IMG/VR virus record: IMGVR_UViG_3300046710_000123
Location: 1 to 33,617 of that record
Strand: one strand, 5' to 3'
Origin: a virus
Taxonomy: Duplodnaviria; Caudoviricetes
DNA length: 33,617 nt
The translations under genes and the position numbers were made by a program. This document shows, piece by piece, positions 1 to 8,700 of the stretch (positions within the stretch are counted from its first letter, which is position 1; each line of letters starts with the position of its first letter). The notes beneath the pieces are model-generated. The model saw only the letters and a program-made list of their open reading frames with translations, was not told the DNA's origin and ran no database searches.

Positions 1-367
1 ATCGGGAGCAACGTTGGTTGCTACTGGTTACTCTGCAGATACTGGCACAGTTGCTTCACTCGCAGTTACGGGTGCGGCAACAGTCGGAACAACTCTCGGA
101 GTAACTGGCAACCTAACGGTAGGCGGTGGCAATGTTATCTTGTATGCAACAGGAAACATTTATACTGCGGGAACCGCTACCTTAAAAGGCATTGTTTGCG
201 TTGGGCAAACCGCGGCTACGGCTGGGGCAATTCTACTCGATCCAAATGGATCGCACGCCGCAGCAGTAGGGGCAGGAGTCGTAGCAATCTACTTCACCGC
301 AGGTGGAAATCTAGAAGCTAAGAAGGCAGGTCCATTAACATCGACATTAAACGGCGCATGGGCGTAG
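1..367 (+). CDS. 5'-truncated Gly/Thr/Ala-rich virion protein (head fibre/decoration-like), paralog of the next gene
   Basis: Frame is open from position 2. Beta-rich repeats (AVTGAATVGTTLGVTGNLTV) and the C-terminus TSTLNGAWA match the next ORF. Lies upstream of the head-tail genes. Confidence 0.6.
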   Translation, partial: SGATLVATGYSADTGTVASLAVTGAATVGTTLGVTGNLTVGGGNVILYATGNIYTAGTATLKGIVCVGQTAATAGAILLDPNGSHAAAVGAGVVAIYFTAGGNLEAKKAGPLTSTLNGAWA

Positions 368-380
368 GTAGGTGGAGAAT

Positions 381-815
381 ATGACTCGCACAAAGCAAAT
401 ATTGTGGGTTCCTACCAAAGATGGTATCACAATCAAGTCTGGCGGAACGTTGGATGTAACAACCGCAGGATCCCTAGCGATGAGTGGGAGCTTTGCTTCT
501 ACTCCCGCTTCGGTAATCGTTACAGCGGGAATGACCGTTGGGACAACGTTGGATGTTACGAGTGATCTAACAGTCGCCACGACCAAGGTGATAGCATCTG
601 CCACTTCTGGCAATTTATATGCTGATGGAACATCAACGTTCGTAACCAGTATGATTGTCGGAGCTAGCTCAAGTACTGCACCTATTGTGTTCAGTCCTGG
701 TGGAGTCTGGTTTGATCCAGGTGCTGGAAAAATAGGCATCTTTTTCGATGGAGATGTTAAGGCGTGCAGACACGCGGATGCACTAACTAAAACACTGAGT
801 ACAACTTGGGCATAA
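381..815 (+). CDS. Gly/Thr-rich virion protein, paralog of 1..367
   Basis: ATG at 381 after GGTGGAG (ORF track starts at GTG 372). Contains VTAGMTVGTTLDVTSDLTV and ends TKTLSTTWA. Confidence 0.65.
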   Translation: MTRTKQILWVPTKDGITIKSGGTLDVTTAGSLAMSGSFASTPASVIVTAGMTVGTTLDVTSDLTVATTKVIASATSGNLYADGTSTFVTSMIVGASSSTAPIVFSPGGVWFDPGAGKIGIFFDGDVKACRHADALTKTLSTTWA

Positions 816-834
816 AGTGAGTGAGAGATAATTA

Positions 835-1065
835 ATGGGAATAACGATAGAACAAGTCGAAGAACGAAAGGCGCAACTTATACAGCAACGCGACCAACTT
901 GCAGCGAATATAAACGCTTGCAATGGTGCGGTTGAAAATTGCGACTGGATAATTGCGATTCTAAAGACTGAAGAACGTGAGGCGACCTCACAGAAAAATG
1001 ATGAAGGGTCTGATTGTCAAAACGAATCAGATCTCACGCCCCGCTTGAGCGGGGGGGAAATGTGA
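835..1065 (+). CDS. Small coiled-coil protein
   Basis: Heptad-like IEQVEERKAQLIQQRDQLAANINACNGAVENC; tightly packed in the operon. Confidence 0.65.
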   Translation: MGITIEQVEERKAQLIQQRDQLAANINACNGAVENCDWIIAILKTEEREATSQKNDEGSDCQNESDLTPRLSGGEM

Positions 1066-1071
1066 AAAAAC

Positions 1072-1602
1072 ATGGCAAATAAAGAAGATTTACATAAACT
1101 GAAGTTTAGTGTAATGGTGGCTCCAATATCAGAAGCACCAAACACTAAGATGGCAGCGGCTACCGCAGGTAGTTGTTTAGATACGCAGGGATTTGAATCA
1201 AATATGTTTGTATTGACTTTCGGCGTAGCTGCCGGAGTAAATGGCGTGTATGCCCTTTACGACAACGATACTAGTACTACAACTGCTGGCACTATTGTTA
1301 CGGGCAGAAACGTTATCTTTGCAGTAGCAGACAATACAGCTGCATATCTTGGAACTGGAACGTTAGCGAACAACACATATCCAGCAGTTGGGCAATGGGT
1401 CCAGAGTACTGGAACGTTTACGCCAACAACCGCATGTACTGGGAAACAATTCCTGTTTGCATATACTGGAAACAAGCGGTATGTCAGGCTGTATGCAAGT
1501 GCTGGGGATTCAGCAATATACACACTGACAGCAGTCCAAGGACACTTCCGATATGCTGGACGTGGCGGACTATACGTAGAGCCATACGCTGCAGAAGCAT
1601 AA
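1072..1602 (+). CDS. Putative head decoration/capsid-associated protein
   Basis: Motifs LDTQGFES and YTGNKRYVRL resemble the beta-sandwich proteins often encoded after HK97-fold capsid genes; position before the connector. Confidence 0.55.
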   Translation: MANKEDLHKLKFSVMVAPISEAPNTKMAAATAGSCLDTQGFESNMFVLTFGVAAGVNGVYALYDNDTSTTTAGTIVTGRNVIFAVADNTAAYLGTGTLANNTYPAVGQWVQSTGTFTPTTACTGKQFLFAYTGNKRYVRLYASAGDSAIYTLTAVQGHFRYAGRGGLYVEPYAAEA

Positions 1603-1784
1603 TGCCGCGTGGAAATCGCGTTATGATGCTCCGAACCATGCTGAGGAATGGTACGGATGAAAATGGGGAGACAATAGAAACTGGGTATAAGATAGGGGAG
1701 GTACACAATCTCCCCCCTCATATAGCCCGAGCATTAGTTAAGAAGGGATACGCAGAGTTCTATCATGCGCCTAAAAAAGCTTGA
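1602..1784 (+). CDS. Small 60-aa head-region protein
   Basis: ATG overlaps the TAA of the upstream gene (TAATG). MPRGNRVMMLRT...GEVHNLPPHIARALVKKGYAE resembles small proteins found between capsid and connector genes. This is the real part of track ORF 1395..1784. Confidence 0.65.
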   Translation: MPRGNRVMMLRTMLRNGTDENGETIETGYKIGEVHNLPPHIARALVKKGYAEFYHAPKKA

Positions 1785-2298
1785 AGATGCAATCGAAGAA
1801 CCAGTAACAGTGGAGCAGGTCAAATCAGACCTGATCCTTACTGGAGATGCAGACGACGATCTCATAGAAGAATGGATCGTCGCTTTTAGGCAATTAATAG
1901 AATCACACGTAAAACAATCTTTACTAACCCAGGAATGGCGACTTTATTTCAGACCAGACGAACTCGATGACGACAACAGAATAACATTACCAAGACCACC
2001 AATTCAATCGATAGAAGAGGTTACGTTTGTTGACGGCGACGGACTTGTAGAAGTCCTAGTAGTAACTGATGATTATCGACTTGAAGATGAAGATTTAGTC
2101 TTGATTGATAGTTATGATGATGGTTCTCTTACAGTAGATTATTATGCTGGTTATGAAACAACAGAAGAAATTCCACAGCCAATCTTACAAGCAATTAGAA
2201 ACAGCGCTGCAGCCCATTATGAAAACCGTGAGATGTTTGTGTTGCCACCGGCAGTAAAAATGCAGGTTGCACCATATAGGCGGGGGAGATTACTATAG
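1765..2298 (+). CDS. Head-tail connector (HK97 gp6/SPP1 gp15-like adaptor)
   Basis: EPVTVEQVKSDL...DDDLIEEWI...SLLTQEW...LPRPPIQSI...YYAGY...IPQPILQAI...AAHYENRE are characteristic motifs. Confidence 0.9.
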   Translation: MRLKKLEDAIEEPVTVEQVKSDLILTGDADDDLIEEWIVAFRQLIESHVKQSLLTQEWRLYFRPDELDDDNRITLPRPPIQSIEEVTFVDGDGLVEVLVVTDDYRLEDEDLVLIDSYDDGSLTVDYYAGYETTEEIPQPILQAIRNSAAAHYENREMFVLPPAVKMQVAPYRRGRLL

Positions 2299-2348
2299 CT
2301 AAAAAAGGCGGCGCTACTAGTTCTTCAGAAGCGGCATCATTAGCAAAC

Positions 2349-2714
2349 TTGATTCCATTTGCTCGACCTGTATTAAGCCCATCAACTGGCTCATTACGGG
2401 ACGAATTGGATATAGTTGAGATGACAATATCAAAGACGGAAACGGGATCTCCGCAGACGGTTGAGACTGTTATAGATACTACTAGAGCAAAAATTATGCC
2501 CCTTAGTGGAGTTGAAATATTCCAAGCATTACAACTAGGACATACTGTTAGTCATAGAATCCAAATGCGTTTTAATAAGAATATTGATACTAAAAAACGT
2601 CTGCGTCACTATGATATGGCATTAGAAAAATGGCGTGAGTTTAAAATAGTTTATGCCCTAGATATTCAAAATAGGCACACGCAGTGGGAAATCTTTGCCC
2701 ACGAGGAGTTATAA
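2349..2714 (+). CDS. Head closure/head-tail joining protein (SPP1 gp16-like); start may be ATA at 2295
   Basis: GSLRDELDI...RAKIMPLSGVEIFQA...SHRIQMRF pattern; follows the connector. Confidence 0.85.
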   Translation: MIPFARPVLSPSTGSLRDELDIVEMTISKTETGSPQTVETVIDTTRAKIMPLSGVEIFQALQLGHTVSHRIQMRFNKNIDTKKRLRHYDMALEKWREFKIVYALDIQNRHTQWEIFAHEEL

Positions 2715-3187
2715 TGGCTGGCGGAATATATGCAGAACTTTTAGGAACTTCCGCATTTCTTACAAATCTTGCGACGTTCGCTGGTAAAGGCGAACTGATA
2801 GAAGATGAACTGTGTAAACATTATGCTGAAAAACTTAGGGACAATATGGTACGGATTGTACAAGAAAACGAATCTGTTTATACCAATTATCTTATCAGGG
2901 CGTTAGAAGAAAATGGGGTTCGACGTGCTGGTGGACCAGGGGATTATGAAGTTGGACCTACGGGGGTAGCATATGCACCGTATCTTGAATACGGAACACG
3001 ACCACATACTCCTCCAATGGAAGCTATCACCCCATGGGCAGAAGCTCATGGAATGACGGGTGGACAGTTGTGGGCGCACATCAAATCAGAAGGAACTGCA
3101 GCCCATCCCTTTATGCATCCAGCCATAGAAGCTACGAAGGGTTTAGAATTGTCAGAAGCACTGGGACTATTTATGATGATGTGGTGA
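2714..3187 (+). CDS. HK97 gp10-like tail completion/neck protein
   Basis: YAPYLEYGTRPH...GTAAHPFMHPA motif; ATG at 2714 overlaps the upstream TAA, with GAGGAG as RBS. Confidence 0.85.
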   Translation: MAGGIYAELLGTSAFLTNLATFAGKGELIEDELCKHYAEKLRDNMVRIVQENESVYTNYLIRALEENGVRRAGGPGDYEVGPTGVAYAPYLEYGTRPHTPPMEAITPWAEAHGMTGGQLWAHIKSEGTAAHPFMHPAIEATKGLELSEALGLFMMMW

Positions 3188-3188
3188 A

Positions 3189-3608
3189 ATGGTATTCAAT
3201 GCTCCGTTTGTCAAACATTCATCGGAACACGCATTACGAACACAGTTAAACAAAGTATTAAGTGGTGGAGTTAATGCGGATGTTTTCAACGGAACGGCAC
3301 CAACAGAACACGATGACCCAACTGTTGTAATCGGAGAATCGACGACTGCGGCAGAATTTGTTACAAAAGCAAATGAAGGAGAAGAATTAATAATTACAAT
3401 TCATATTTACACAAAAGAAGAAGGATACGACCAACTTGACCAACTCAAAGAAGAAACACTTGTAGCGTTATCTGCACTACCCGACCATTTAGACGAACAT
3501 TGGTGTATTGTAAAATACAACATCGATCCTGGGTCACGTAGGTGGCATTATGCTGCAGACAAGGCACAGCAGATCCTGTATGTTAGGTTTAGTTGCGATT
3601 ATTATTAG
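3189..3608 (+). CDS. Tail terminator (SPP1 gp17/DUF3168-like)
   Basis: VFNGTAP...PTVVIGE...ITIHIYT pattern; synteny between gp10-like and tube genes. Confidence 0.75.
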   Translation: MVFNAPFVKHSSEHALRTQLNKVLSGGVNADVFNGTAPTEHDDPTVVIGESTTAAEFVTKANEGEELIITIHIYTKEEGYDQLDQLKEETLVALSALPDHLDEHWCIVKYNIDPGSRRWHYAADKAQQILYVRFSCDYY

Positions 3609-3651
3609 AAAAAAGTGAAATATAATATAATGTGAGGAGTTGAATATAAAT

Positions 3652-4083
3652 ATGGCAGCAAAAATAAGAGGTGCGAGTGTTGTAGCTCTGATTGATACTA
3701 CACCAACAGCAGACACACCATCGTATCACATGGTGGCGTTTCAAAAAACCTGCACACTAACCATGGCAGAGGATACAATAGAAACCACCAACAAAGAAAG
3801 CGGATTGTGGAAAGAGTATATCACAGGAAACCGTGATTGGGCAGTTGAAGCAGATGGAATGATTGTAGAAACGGATACCGGAATTCAGGCGGTTGAGAAT
3901 GCGTGGTTAGCAGCATCACCACAGCCACTTCGTCTAGCAATTAGTACCCCCGCAAATCCCAATGGGTATTGGACCGGAACAGCAATCATAAAGTCGTTAA
4001 AATACACAGCAGCAGACAACGGTGTTTACACAGCAGCAATTTCATTTACTGGCACCGGAGCACTAACACGGAGTGTGAGTTAA
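3652..4083 (+). CDS. Major tail tube protein (TP901-1-like family)
   Basis: DTIETTNKESGLWKEYITGNRDWAVEADG...AISFTGTGALT signature; start TTG 3640 or ATG 3652. Confidence 0.9.
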   Translation: MAAKIRGASVVALIDTTPTADTPSYHMVAFQKTCTLTMAEDTIETTNKESGLWKEYITGNRDWAVEADGMIVETDTGIQAVENAWLAASPQPLRLAISTPANPNGYWTGTAIIKSLKYTAADNGVYTAAISFTGTGALTRSVS

Positions 4084-4084
4084 A

Positions 4085-4495
4085 ATGGTAGCAACATCAA
4101 CAGTAGTAACAACTAATGAATACGGAGTCGCCGGTGCGGCGCCTGTGGCAGCACAAACAGTTGCATCCACAGGGAATGTAATACTCGTGTGGACTGCAGG
4201 AGTAGCCTCTGGAAACAAATTTTTGAATGACGGAAATACATTACTACTAGTTCAGAACACAGCAGCACCATCAGTTATTGCGACGCTTACCGGCGTTGGA
4301 ACAGACAACTTTGGTGCAATAGCGGACGTAGCAGTGACTCTCGTTGGAGCAACGATACCGTACGAATGGCACGTATTAGGTCCGTTTAGTACCAGACACT
4401 TTAACGATGCCGATGGATATATGACTGTTGTGTTTGGAACCGGCTTCGCAGACATACAGATGTCGGCTGTCAAACTTGGAACAGTTAAGGAGTAA
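4085..4495 (+). CDS. Virion structural protein, paralog of 4510..4884
   Basis: GNKFLNDGNTLLLVQN and LGPFSTRHFNDADGY motifs; located in the tail operon. Confidence 0.7.
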   Translation: MVATSTVVTTNEYGVAGAAPVAAQTVASTGNVILVWTAGVASGNKFLNDGNTLLLVQNTAAPSVIATLTGVGTDNFGAIADVAVTLVGATIPYEWHVLGPFSTRHFNDADGYMTVVFGTGFADIQMSAVKLGTVKE

Positions 4496-4509
4496 AGGGG
4501 TGATAAAAG

Positions 4510-4884
4510 ATGACAAATGCAGAACAAGTATTAACTGTTTATACCTCTACACAGAATGGAACTGACATGACGGCCAACTTCACGCAAATTGCGGACGGTT
4601 CTGGGGTTCTAGGTGCTGGCTCTCGTTTCAAGAACGACGGCAAAACCGTTCTTATTGTTAGAGCGGCAGCAGCGTCACGAACTGTGACAATCGTTGGTCA
4701 GCGAAGAGGGGACTTTGGGGTTCTAACTAGCACCTCGGTTGTTTGCCCGACGGGAGTAAACGTAGTTGGACCGTTTTCAACGCAACACTACAACGATGCC
4801 AGTGGCTATTGTCACATCACGTGGGATAGCACGTCTGTCGGAAGTTTTGTGGCTGCGATGAGTAAGGGCGCAGTTAAAGAATAA
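4510..4884 (+). CDS. Virion structural protein, paralog of 4085..4495
   Basis: GSRFKNDGKTVLIVRA and VGPFSTQHYNDASGY; RBS GGGGTGA. Confidence 0.7.
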   Translation: MTNAEQVLTVYTSTQNGTDMTANFTQIADGSGVLGAGSRFKNDGKTVLIVRAAAASRTVTIVGQRRGDFGVLTSTSVVCPTGVNVVGPFSTQHYNDASGYCHITWDSTSVGSFVAAMSKGAVKE

Positions 4885-4927
4885 ACAATATAAACCGAGC
4901 CACAATCTTCACAGCAGGAGATTAGTA

Positions 4928-5341
4928 ATGAGAAAACTTAAAAGTGAGATAGACATTGACGTAGAAGGCGACGATGGCGAGATGAAGACGTATACCTTAC
5001 GGTATGATTTAAACGCACTAGACGCGTTTGAAAATATTTATGATAAAAGTATACTAGAGGTATTTAGTCCGTCCATTGATGAAAATGGCACTATGATGAC
5101 CGATTCTAAAGGGCAACCACTAAACCTGAATTTTAGGATCGGAATGATTCGTAATCTTATATATGTTGGTCTAATGGCACATCATCCAGAGATCACAAAA
5201 GAAGACGTTGGCAACATGTTTGATCTAAACGAAGCTAATGAAAATATAATGCCTAAGATTGCAGACGCCATCGCACTTTCAAATAGGCAGCGATTCCCTA
5301 ACGAGAAATCGGGTAAGACTGGTAAACCCCCAAAAAAGTAA
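4928..5341 (+). CDS. Tail assembly chaperone (G-type)
   Basis: YTLRYDLNALDAFE...IRNLIYVGL...ITKEDVGNM pattern; lies between tube and TMP and ends in a slippery site. Confidence 0.85.
   Translation: MRKLKSEIDIDVEGDDGEMKTYTLRYDLNALDAFENIYDKSILEVFSPSIDENGTMMTDSKGQPLNLNFRIGMIRNLIYVGLMAHHPEITKEDVGNMFDLNEANENIMPKIADAIALSNRQRFPNEKSGKTGKPPKK
5332..5338 (+). other. Programmed -1 ribosomal frameshift slippery heptamer A AAA AAG
   Basis: ...CCA AAA AAG TAA; the -1 frame is open from 5338 (GTA ACG TAC...) into ORF 5389..5724. Confidence 0.8.
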
Positions 5342-5724
5342 CGTACGACGACTTCAAGACAAATTGGTCTCTCATTTTTGAGATCGGGTTGGGTCCAATT
5401 GGACTCAACTGCGATTCACTCGGTAAGACTACATTTGGAGAACTCGTCGATTTGTACAATGCTCATAACTGGCGCTTAGAACGTGCAAGACTAGAAACTG
5501 CACAACAAACATTTATTTTAGGACGCGCATGGGGAATGGAGTTGGAAATAGAAGATATTTTAGGTAGAAACATCTATCCAGCATTGCGGTCGATTGAAGC
5601 GATTAGCGGTGATGAAGCAATGGTAGACCGCAGACCACGTGAAGTAAAACTTGCAGAAGCAGAAGAAGTTAGAGAACACTTTAGATCCATGGGACTCGCG
5701 GACGAGCTTGAAATTGAGGAATAA
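5338..5724 (+). CDS. Tail assembly chaperone T-segment (expressed as G-T frameshift fusion)
   Basis: Only a weak TTG start at 5389; in the -1 frame relative to 4928..5341; directly precedes the TMP. Confidence 0.75.
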   Translation, partial: VTYDDFKTNWSLIFEIGLGPIGLNCDSLGKTTFGELVDLYNAHNWRLERARLETAQQTFILGRAWGMELEIEDILGRNIYPALRSIEAISGDEAMVDRRPREVKLAEAEEVREHFRSMGLADELEIEE

Positions 5725-5726
5725 AT

Positions 5727-8700
5727 ATGGTTTCTAATATCCTAGGGGATTTTGTAGTAAGGATTAATGGAGACATAACTGGATTTATCGCTGCGCTTGC
5801 GGGGGCTAAAGCAGGGATGGCGGGTATGGGTGCCGCCGTCGGAGCGTGGAATGCGATTGGTGTTGGAATGTCTGCCGCCTTGACGGTGCCGATTATGGCA
5901 GTTGGTGCCGTAGCACTTGCAAGTGCTCAGGAGGTCGTAAAAGGATATTCTATAATTACCGGGCAGACTGGTGCTACTGGTGCGGAACTCGAAAAACTTA
6001 AGTCGCAATTTCGTGACGTATTTTCTAACGTCCCTCAGAGTGCTACGCAAGTTGCTACTGTAATCGCTACAGTGCAGGACCGCCTACGGGGGATGAATAT
6101 TGACGTAGGTACAACTAGCAAGTCAATGCTAGACCTTGCTCGTGTCACTTCTGAAAGCGCAACTGGTCTTTCAGATGCTGTTAGCAAGATGTTTAAACAG
6201 TGGCCAGAAGCAGCAAAAGATGTTAAGGGCACGATGGAAGCCCTGTTTGATACATTTCAAGCAACACATGTTCCAGTAACTCAACTTGCAACGGATGTAG
6301 ATAAGTTTGGAACCGTTTGGAGAGAAGCGGGATTCAACCTTCGAGAGACAATAGCTATAATGGCCCAGCTCGATGCTGCTGGACTTAACTCAACTGATAT
6401 TGTTCGAGGTATGGCGTATGCGTGGTCAAACTTACAAAAGGGATCTGTGGCTACAAAGGGTGCGTTAGCCGATGCATATACTGTAATATCCGCGAAAACA
6501 AAAGAATTGGGTCTAGACACCAGTAAGTCTAGCGATATGATGCAGGCGTTCTTCAAAGGAATTGAAGACGGAACCATCAAAGATTCTACAGCAGTTCAAT
6601 TGTTTGGTTCACGATTTGGTGCTAATATCACTGGAGCTATACATGAAGGTCGTATTTCTTCTGATGCGTTTATAAAATCAATGGCAGGTATGCCGGGCAG
6701 TTTAGAAAGCACTGCTACAGCGGCACTTACATTTAGTCAAAAACTAGACATACTACGGCACAAATTAGAAGTAGCATTTGCTCCTCTTGGATTTTCACTA
6801 ATTAATATGCTGACTGGGTTTATCCCAGTAATAGAAAGCATTATAGGATCCGTAGCTGGGCTAGTTGGTATATTTGCTACTCTTCCGCAACCGTTACAAA
6901 ATTCATTAATTATACTTGGTCTGTTCTTAGCAGCTATCGGACCAATCGCGCTTATTACCAATCAACTTGCGATAGGGTGGGGGTTAGTGTTAGGCGTCTT
7001 GACACCTATAGCAGCAGCTCTTGGTATTGTCACAGTGGAAACAGGCGCAGCCGCCGCGGCACAGGCACTCTTAAGTTCTGGATTAACAGTGGCGCAAGCA
7101 AATGCGGCACTTTTAGCTTTGGGATACGGGGAAGTAGACGCGGCTATACTGGTAGGAAGTGCAGAAACAGGTGTTTTTAATGCCTTGTGGGCGGCAAATC
7201 CGATTGGTATTATTGTACTGGCAGTAGCAGCTCTTGCAGTTGGTATTTACCTTCTATATACTAATTGGAAGCCATTCCGTGATTTGGTAGATGGCGTGCT
7301 TAATGCCTTGAAAGAGGCTGCGGGGGTATTAGCAAAGATAATTTCAGATATAGTAGGGATCGCTCCAAAAGAGACAAAGATAACAGTAAACGAAGTTAAG
7401 GGGACCCAAGTAACCACGACGACGCCCGAAGGACCGCCCAAAACTACTGAATACGTCGGTCCGAAGTCTCAAACACCAACAGTTGGTGAAACCGGAACTC
7501 AGTTAGGACCAGGTCAATATCTTGGTTCAGATGGAACTGTTCATAATTTTTCTGATATAACTTCACCAACACCTCCACCAACATCTAGAGAACAAGAGAA
7601 AGGTCCGGCAGCACCAGATGTTGGTAAATGGTTTAACGAGCTTGGTCCGTGGGGTCAACGTCTTAAAGAGAGAGTTGCACCGCAAGGAGAACTAGTAACG
7701 GGACAAGTTCAAGTAAGTAAAGAAGGGGAACCGCTTAGAACAGAAGAACGAACATCTAGAAAGGATCCAATGGCCGGTAGCCCGATAGAAGGTCAGCTGA
7801 AAGCACTTGGCAACGTGGATATTGGTTCTGGGGTTGACCAGATCGGAAAAGCATTTGATGATGTTAAGGGTCGGATACTTGGGGTTCCTACGGCGATACA
7901 AAATGGGTTTGCCGAAGCATTTCACAATATTACTACTACTTTAAATACATGGAAAAATGCAATAGGTAAAGTATGGGATGACATTGTAAAAGGCGCTCAA
8001 GAAGCCGGTGGACGAATAGTTGGATTTTTCCAACCAGCGATTAATGCTTTAAAGGCGGCATGGAATACTATTTCTAGTGCCGCAACTACAGCATGGAATG
8101 CAATCTCTGGTGGTGCTAAATGGTTAGGTGGGGTCCTAGGACAAATAGCACATATTATAGGACAAGTGTTCACAATAGCGTGGCTTCTTATATCAAATGC
8201 GGCTAAAAACGCTTGGAATGCACTTGTTGGATTTATTGGACCGATAGTTACGGCTATTGGTAAGAAGTGGGATGAGATTAAAAATGCCGTAGGTAAAAAA
8301 TGGGATGAGATCCGTGAGGCCGTAGGTAAAAAATGGGATGAGATCGTACTTGCGGCTACAACAAAGTTTAATGAAATTAAAGATGCCATTGGTAGGAAAT
8401 GGGATGAAGTACGTGATGCTGTTGGGGCAAAATGGGATGAAATTAAAAATGCTGTAGGCGCAAAATGGGATGAAATTGTAACGGCAGCTACTACCAAGTT
8501 TAATGAAATTAAAAATGCTATTGGTAAAGTATGGGACGGTATACGCGATGGGATAGGTGCTATATGGGATAATATAAGGGACACTATAGGTCGGAAATGG
8601 GATGAAATACGTGATGGTGCTACAACTAAGGGGGGCGAAGTTAAAACTGCTGCTACGAAACCAATAGATGATCTCAAAACAGCCCTTGGAAAAATATGGG

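Noticed and set aside
1395-1601. 5' extension of track ORF 1395..1784
   Set aside because: Overlaps 1072..1602 out of frame; the coupled ATG at 1602 is the better start.
1695-1715. GGGGAG...CTCCCC inverted repeat
   Set aside because: Short, inside a coding region, no T-tract; plausibly chance.
8265-8627. Periodic DNA repeat as a CRISPR array
   Set aside because: In-frame degenerate coding repeats with no unique spacers.
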